Below are positions 6,847 to 10,725 of a stretch of 10,725 nt of DNA, in pieces. How positions within the stretch are numbered: position 1 is the stretch's first letter; every line of letters starts with the position of its first letter. The translations under genes were made by a program, and so were the position numbers. A model generated the notes under the pieces. It was not told where the DNA came from, ran no database searches, and worked only from the letters and a program-made list of their open reading frames with translations. This DNA comes from Archangium sp. (GTDB taxonomy: Bacteria > Myxococcota > Myxococcia > Myxococcales > Myxococcaceae). The stretch is from contig JANLPS010000353.1 of NCBI GenBank assembly GCA_031367385.1, positions 1 to 10,725 on the forward strand. The letters are read 5' to 3'.

Positions 6847-8307
6847 TTACGGGGCGATGTTGAACTCGACCCGCCGGTTGTTGTCTCGGCCCGCAGGCGT
6901 GGCATTCGTATCGGCCGGGCGGTCAGGCCCGAAGCCAGCCGCTTTCAGCCGGTCAGCGTCGACGCCCTTCTTCACCAGATAGGCCTTCACCGCGTCGGCG
7001 CGATCTTGCGACAGCTTGGTGTTCGTCGTCGCGTCACCGGTGTTGTCGGTGTGCCCTTCAATCTGCAGCAGCTTGATTTCAGTGTGGTCTTTGACGATCG
7101 CCGCGACCTGGTCGAGCAGCGTATTCGACTTGGCCAGCAGCGTGGCCTTGCCCGAGTCGAAGTACACTTTGTCTTTGATCACCAACTTCTCGCGGGTGAT
7201 CTGCACCAGCTGCTTCACCTTCGCCGGGCACCCTGAGTTGCTCGCCGGGCCGGCCTCTTTGGGGCAGTTGTCGAAGCGGTCGGGCACGGTGTCGTTGTCG
7301 GCGTCGGGCCAGATGCAGCCTTCGTTGTCTTTCTCGCCCGCGACGTCGACGCACTTGTCGAGCCGGTCGGGCACGCCGTCGCCGTCTTGGTCTTTGTCAG
7401 GGCAGCCCTTGTTCTCGGCGAGCCCCTTCTCGGTCGGGCACGCATCGTCGCGATCGACCACGCCGTCGGCGTCTTCGTCTTTGTCGGGGCAGCCCTTGTT
7501 CGCCACCGGGCCTGGCATGGTCGGGCAGCCGTCGGCCGCGTCGAGCACACCGTCGGAGTCATTGTCGGGGTCGGGGCACCCGTCTTCGTCTTGATACCCG
7601 TCTTTGTCCTCGGGCTCCTTCGGGCACTTGTCGACGCCGTCGTTCAACCCATCGCCATCGGTGTCATCGGCGGGGCAGCCGTTGTTCGTCGCGGGGCCTG
7701 CGACCGCTGGGCATTGGTCGACGCTGCCGAGCACGCCGTCGCTGTCGTAGTCGGAGTCATCGGGCGCGCGATCGGGGGCTCCGATGGTGAACGAGAGGCC
7801 GAACATCAGCAGCTGGTGCTGGGTGTTCATCATGAACTTGGCGAGGGGCCCGACCGACATGCCCTCGACCACCGAGAGCTCGTAGCCAGCGCCGACGTCG
7901 AAGCCGGGGCCGAAGCCGCCGCTGGTGTAGGTGAAGTGCGCGTCGAGCCAGAGATTGCCGGCGAAGTTGCCGTGGTAGGCCTGGCCGGGGTTGAAGTAGT
8001 AGCCCTTTTCGTCGTTGAAGAGCCGCAAGCGCAGGCCGATGCCGCCGCCGAAGGCCGAGCCCTGGTCGAGGTAGCTGTGGTTCACCGCCGACACACCGAA
8101 ACCTTCAATCTGCGGAGCGAGTGGGCCCAATGCCTTGAGCAACGTGGTGTCGACCTTGAGCGACGCGCCGCTGACGAAGATCGCCTTGTCGAGGCCGGTG
8201 CCGACCATCGGGTCGAGGTGAATGTTGAACGCCGATTTCTCGGCGGCGGCCGATGCGCCGATCATCACGGTGACCAGCGCCAACACACGAGCACACGAAA
8301 CGCGCAC
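6847..8307 (-). CDS. OmpA-family protein: N-terminal beta-barrel-like region, thrombospondin type-3-like Ca-binding repeats and OmpA_C peptidoglycan-binding domain (TraB-like architecture, ~486 aa)
   Basis: GTG 8307 gives signal peptide MRVSCARVLALVTVMIGASAAA|EK, followed by amphipathic strands (AFGGGIGLRL, FDVGAGYEL, LLMFGLSFTIG) and six DxDxDG.....D.CP...GCP units. OmpA motifs are VYFDSGKATL, IEGHTD, NTKLSQDRADAV and NRRVEF. The ORF-track start at 8658 overlaps the upstream gene and is rejected. Confidence 0.93.
   Translation of the reverse strand: MRVSCARVLALVTVMIGASAAAEKSAFNIHLDPMVGTGLDKAIFVSGASLKVDTTLLKALGPLAPQIEGFGVSAVNHSYLDQGSAFGGGIGLRLRLFNDEKGYYFNPGQAYHGNFAGNLWLDAHFTYTSGGFGPGFDVGAGYELSVVEGMSVGPLAKFMMNTQHQLLMFGLSFTIGAPDRAPDDSDYDSDGVLGSVDQCPAVAGPATNNGCPADDTDGDGLNDGVDKCPKEPEDKDGYQDEDGCPDPDNDSDGVLDAADGCPTMPGPVANKGCPDKDEDADGVVDRDDACPTEKGLAENKGCPDKDQDGDGVPDRLDKCVDVAGEKDNEGCIWPDADNDTVPDRFDNCPKEAGPASNSGCPAKVKQLVQITREKLVIKDKVYFDSGKATLLAKSNTLLDQVAAIVKDHTEIKLLQIEGHTDNTGDATTNTKLSQDRADAVKAYLVKKGVDADRLKAAGFGPDRPADTNATPAGRDNNRRVEFNIAP
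7225..7752 (-). repeat. Six TSP3-like repeats within the OmpA-family gene
   Basis: DYDSDGVLGSVDQCP, DTDGDGLNDGVDKCP, DNDSDGVLDAADGCP, DEDADGVVDRDDACP, DQDGDGVPDRLDKCV and DADNDTVPDRFDNCP, each followed by a ...GCP-type segment. Confidence 0.9.
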
Positions 8308-8340
8308 GGTAGAACCCCAGGGAAAATGCAAAGTGGCGGC

Positions 8341-8369
8341 ACCGTAGGCAAAAAGCCGTGTGATGACAG
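8341..8369 (-). promoter_or_regulatory. Putative sigma70-type promoter CTGTCA-N17-TACGGT for the OmpA-family gene
   Basis: -35-like CTGTCA (8369-8364) and -10-like TACGGT (8346-8341) have exactly 17-nt spacing, in a relatively AT-rich 73-nt intergenic gap. Confidence 0.45.
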
Positions 8370-8377
8370 CCGTTTTT
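8350..8377 (-). terminator. Weak intrinsic terminator candidate after the transglycosylase gene
   Basis: Minus-strand RNA aaaaac-GGCUGU-caucac-ACGGCU-uuuu forms a 6-bp stem with two G:U pairs followed by a U-tract, 9 nt past the stop codon. Confidence 0.25.
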
Positions 8378-8380
8378 GGA

Positions 8381-9418
8381 TCAGGGCCTCCGGCTCTGGC
8401 GTTTGCGCAAGGTCGCCAACGCGAAAAGGGCCCATGCGCCGCCTCCGCTCGAGCAGCCGCAGGCCCGACCGGGAGGCCCGAGCTCGACGTTGAGCTTGCC
8501 GAACAGCACCGGGTCGTCACTGCCGCCATCGAGCGTGCCACCGTCGGTGGAGCCGCCCAAGCATGACGAGATAATCGACGGCCGGGTCGCCGTGCAGTCG
8601 GTCGGCGACGCGCAGGTCGGGTCAGGCAACGCGGGCGGAGGCGTGTTCGCGCCCACATCGGTGAGCTTGGGGTAGGCGACCTTGGTGACCGGCCAATGCG
8701 CGGGCGTCGGCGGGTACTCCATCCACCCCCAGACCCGTTCTTGGTACGGCACGGTGCCCCCGACCTTCGGGTTCCACACGCCGCGGGTCGATGAGCCGGT
8801 GCGGTTCGGGTTGTTCACGCTCGACAGGCCGTTGTACGCCCACGCCGCGATGTACCAGTGCTCGATGCGCGCCGGCTGCCGGTCTCCGACGCACGAAGCG
8901 ATGCGCCACTTGTCAGACAAGATCTGCAGCCCCGATGCGAGGTTGTAGAAGGGCTCGGCCGCCACGCGCTGCCGGTCGAAGTTGGGCATCGGGTCGGTCG
9001 TGCGCATGCCGCTCGTGACCTGGCCAATGCCATAGCCGCAATCGAACGCGATGATGGTCTGCGACGGCTTGCCCACCTGGTCTGCGGGAGAAGTCGGCAC
9101 GCAGAACTGCCGCCAGCTGCTCTCCTGCATCGCGATGGCCTTGAGCAGCTCGCACGGAAATTCGGCGTGAATCAACACCGGCGTCGCGCAGCCTTGTTTC
9201 AAGTCACTCACCGCGGGCCCGTCGGTCCACGCGGTGGGGCCCTTGGCGGCGAGGTCGAAGATGGCCTGCCACTCGGCGGTCGTGGGGTTGGTGCCAGGCA
9301 CCGCGTTGATCGCGCAGTTCTTGGTGTTGCCCGCGCTCGACGCTGAATAGCTCGGGCAGGCCTGAGCGAAGGCCGCGCGGGCGAGGAGGAAGCTGAGCAG
9401 GGCGAGGGCGTTCTTCAC
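8381..9418 (-). CDS. Secreted lytic transglycosylase (SLT/lysozyme-like) with MYXO-CTERM-like sorting tail (345 aa)
   Basis: Signal peptide MKNALALLSFLLARAAFA|QA. SLT motifs are LLKAIAMQES (Glu99), GYGIGQV (GLMQ-like), YNLASGLQIL and AAWAYNG. The C-terminus ACGCSSGGGAWALFALATLRKRQSRRP is a Cys motif plus hydrophobic segment plus basic tail. The GTG start overlaps the upstream stop (GTGA, 9415-9418). Confidence 0.85.
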   Translation of the reverse strand: MKNALALLSFLLARAAFAQACPSYSASSAGNTKNCAINAVPGTNPTTAEWQAIFDLAAKGPTAWTDGPAVSDLKQGCATPVLIHAEFPCELLKAIAMQESSWRQFCVPTSPADQVGKPSQTIIAFDCGYGIGQVTSGMRTTDPMPNFDRQRVAAEPFYNLASGLQILSDKWRIASCVGDRQPARIEHWYIAAWAYNGLSSVNNPNRTGSSTRGVWNPKVGGTVPYQERVWGWMEYPPTPAHWPVTKVAYPKLTDVGANTPPPALPDPTCASPTDCTATRPSIISSCLGGSTDGGTLDGGSDDPVLFGKLNVELGPPGRACGCSSGGGAWALFALATLRKRQSRRP

Positions 9419-10425
9419 GGCAGCACTCCGGCCAGGTCGAGCCGCATCTGCGCTGGAGCCAACAACGTCGCCGCCGTGCCATCACCCAGCGCCACCGCGA
9501 ACGGGGTGGGAAATTCGCTTGGTCTTTCATGCAACCCCAACGCGTAGCCGCCTGCGAAGAAGCGCACCCGCTCGTACCCCGGGCCATGTGGGGCAAGCAC
9601 CGGCTTGGCTGACTCGGCGTTGACCGCGCGCAAACCGGCGCCTGCGTTCGGCGCGTACGCCACCGTGCCGTCGGGAAAAACGGTTGGCAGCAACGCGACG
9701 CTTGGGCCGGTCACCACGGTTCGCGCTTGAAATGTCTTCAGGTCGACGCGCTCAATGCGCCAGGTGTCGCTGCCCAACGTGTAGAACAGCGCTCCATGCA
9801 CGGCGTCGACGGCGAAGTCGTGGGCGGTGGCGGGCATCGAGGCCCGCAGCGTGCGCACCTCGCGGGTGTCGATGTTCATCGCTTCGAGCCGCGCGCCACC
9901 TGCATCGACGCGGTAGATGAACAGCTCTTTGCCGAGCGTGCCTGCGAGCGCTGCGTAAAAGCCGCGGGTCGAGAGCAGGGTGCGCGTCGCTCCGGTGAGT
10001 GGGTTGACCTCATCGATGCGCAGATCATCGGTGCGCCACCCGTTGAGCTCGCTGCCCGCGCTGCCGCGCTCGACGAAGACGCGCCCGTCGGCGGTCACCA
10101 CCGGCCGGGTCGCCGCGCCGACATGATCAACCAAGACCTTCGGCGCAACGCCCGCCTCGAGGCGCAGCAACGAGAACGCCCAGCTCTCATCGGCCGCTGG
10201 CGTCGTGTAGGCCACCGCGAGCACCACCCGGGTGCGAGGCACGACTACACCGGTGACCGTGCTGCGGGGCACGATGGTGAAGCGGGTGACGGGCTGCGAA
10301 AGCGCCGTCGCTCCAACGCTTTGAAAGCGAAGCTCGGCGAAGTCGCCGTCATCGGCAGCGCCACACAACAGGGCCACCTCGGGCTGGGCCGCCGCCAACA
10401 CCAGTGCTGCGATCAAAAATGCCAT
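9415..10425 (-). CDS. Exported hypothetical protein, probable beta-propeller (TolB-like) (336 aa)
   Basis: Short hydrophobic N-terminus MAFLIAALVLAAA|QPE. Recurrent blade-like motifs (RPVVTADGRVFV, IDEVNPLTGATRTL, MNIDTREVRTL, DFAVDAVHGALFYT, RVDLKTFQARTV, PTVFPDGTVAY). GAGAGG precedes ATG 10425. Confidence 0.78.
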   Translation of the reverse strand: MAFLIAALVLAAAQPEVALLCGAADDGDFAELRFQSVGATALSQPVTRFTIVPRSTVTGVVVPRTRVVLAVAYTTPAADESWAFSLLRLEAGVAPKVLVDHVGAATRPVVTADGRVFVERGSAGSELNGWRTDDLRIDEVNPLTGATRTLLSTRGFYAALAGTLGKELFIYRVDAGGARLEAMNIDTREVRTLRASMPATAHDFAVDAVHGALFYTLGSDTWRIERVDLKTFQARTVVTGPSVALLPTVFPDGTVAYAPNAGAGLRAVNAESAKPVLAPHGPGYERVRFFAGGYALGLHERPSEFPTPFAVALGDGTAATLLAPAQMRLDLAGVLP

Positions 10426-10472
10426 GGCCTCTCTTACCGTACCTTTCGGCCCCTGCAGTAGGCTGCGCCGCG
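10426..10472. promoter_or_regulatory. 47-nt divergent promoter region with back-to-back TAnnnT hexamers
   Basis: Minus strand: TACGGT (10441-10436) lies 10 nt before ATG 10425. Plus strand: TAGGCT (10459-10464) lies 8 nt before ATG 10473, with no Shine-Dalgarno. Confidence 0.48.
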
Positions 10473-10725
10473 ATGAGCCTGTCGCCCAAAGACGCCGAAG
10501 CGGTTCGCACCAAGCTCAGAGCCGACCCGAGCACCACCCAGATCGCCGAGAGCCTCGGCGTGTCACTCGAAGACTACATCGATCAGGTGATGCTCTTCGT
10601 CGACAAGGCGCCGGTGCCCGAGCGAGGGAGCAGTGGCAAGAGCGGCTTCACGCCGGCCTACAAACCCACGGTGGCCCTGGGCCAGGTGCGCTCAGCCGAG
10701 GGTGTCGACGCCAGCAAAAGTGACC
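10473..10725 (+). CDS. Hypothetical protein, 3'-truncated by the window edge (not in ORF track)
   Basis: My translation from ATG 10473 is MSLSPKDAEAVRTKLRADPSTTQIAESLGVSLEDYIDQVMLFVDKAPVPERGSSGKSGFTPAYKPTVALGQVRSAEGVDASKSD..., with no stop. Third positions are strongly G/C and the composition is natural, unlike the Arg-rich 10424 frame. Confidence 0.8.
   Translation, partial: MSLSPKDAEAVRTKLRADPSTTQIAESLGVSLEDYIDQVMLFVDKAPVPERGSSGKSGFTPAYKPTVALGQVRSAEGVDASKSD

Noticed and set aside
6847..8307. Assigning the symbol traB
   Set aside because: The architecture matches, but such paralogues are common and the upstream gene is not TraA. Orthology cannot be shown by eye.
7016..8493. 192-aa and 368-aa plus-strand ORFs
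   Set aside because: Antisense shadows of the OmpA/TSP3 gene.
8308..8658. 117-aa N-terminal extension of the OmpA ORF
   Set aside because: It overlaps the transglycosylase 3' end in another frame, is Arg/Pro-rich, and would bury the signal peptide that starts at GTG 8307.
10424..10723. 99-aa plus-strand ORF from the track
   Set aside because: It overlaps the divergent start codon and is Arg-rich. The frame from 10473 has much better codon usage.

Overview
High-GC window, probably from a myxobacterium (Myxococcota). This is inferred from a MYXO-CTERM-like tail, Cys-rich lipoprotein repeats and an OmpA/TSP3 protein. It is densely coding, with about 10 real genes; most other ORFs in the track are antisense or off-frame shadows. 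All seven minus-strand genes appear to encode exported proteins: a 694-aa Cys-rich repeat lipoprotein, an outer-membrane beta-barrel protein translationally coupled to a small lipoprotein with a non-canonical CX4CH heme-like motif, a lipoprotein form of a BAAT/acyl-CoA thioesterase-type hydrolase, a TraB-like beta-barrel/TSP3/OmpA protein, and a MYXO-CTERM-tailed lytic transglycosylase translationally coupled to a beta-propeller-like protein. The three plus-strand genes are hypothetical, and one is a truncated ORF at the right edge that the ORF track misses. I found no RNA genes, CRISPR arrays or mobile elements. The best candidates for an undescribed system are the propeller/transglycosylase/TraB-like trio and the cytochrome/beta-barrel pair. 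All family calls come from motif recognition by eye, not database searches.
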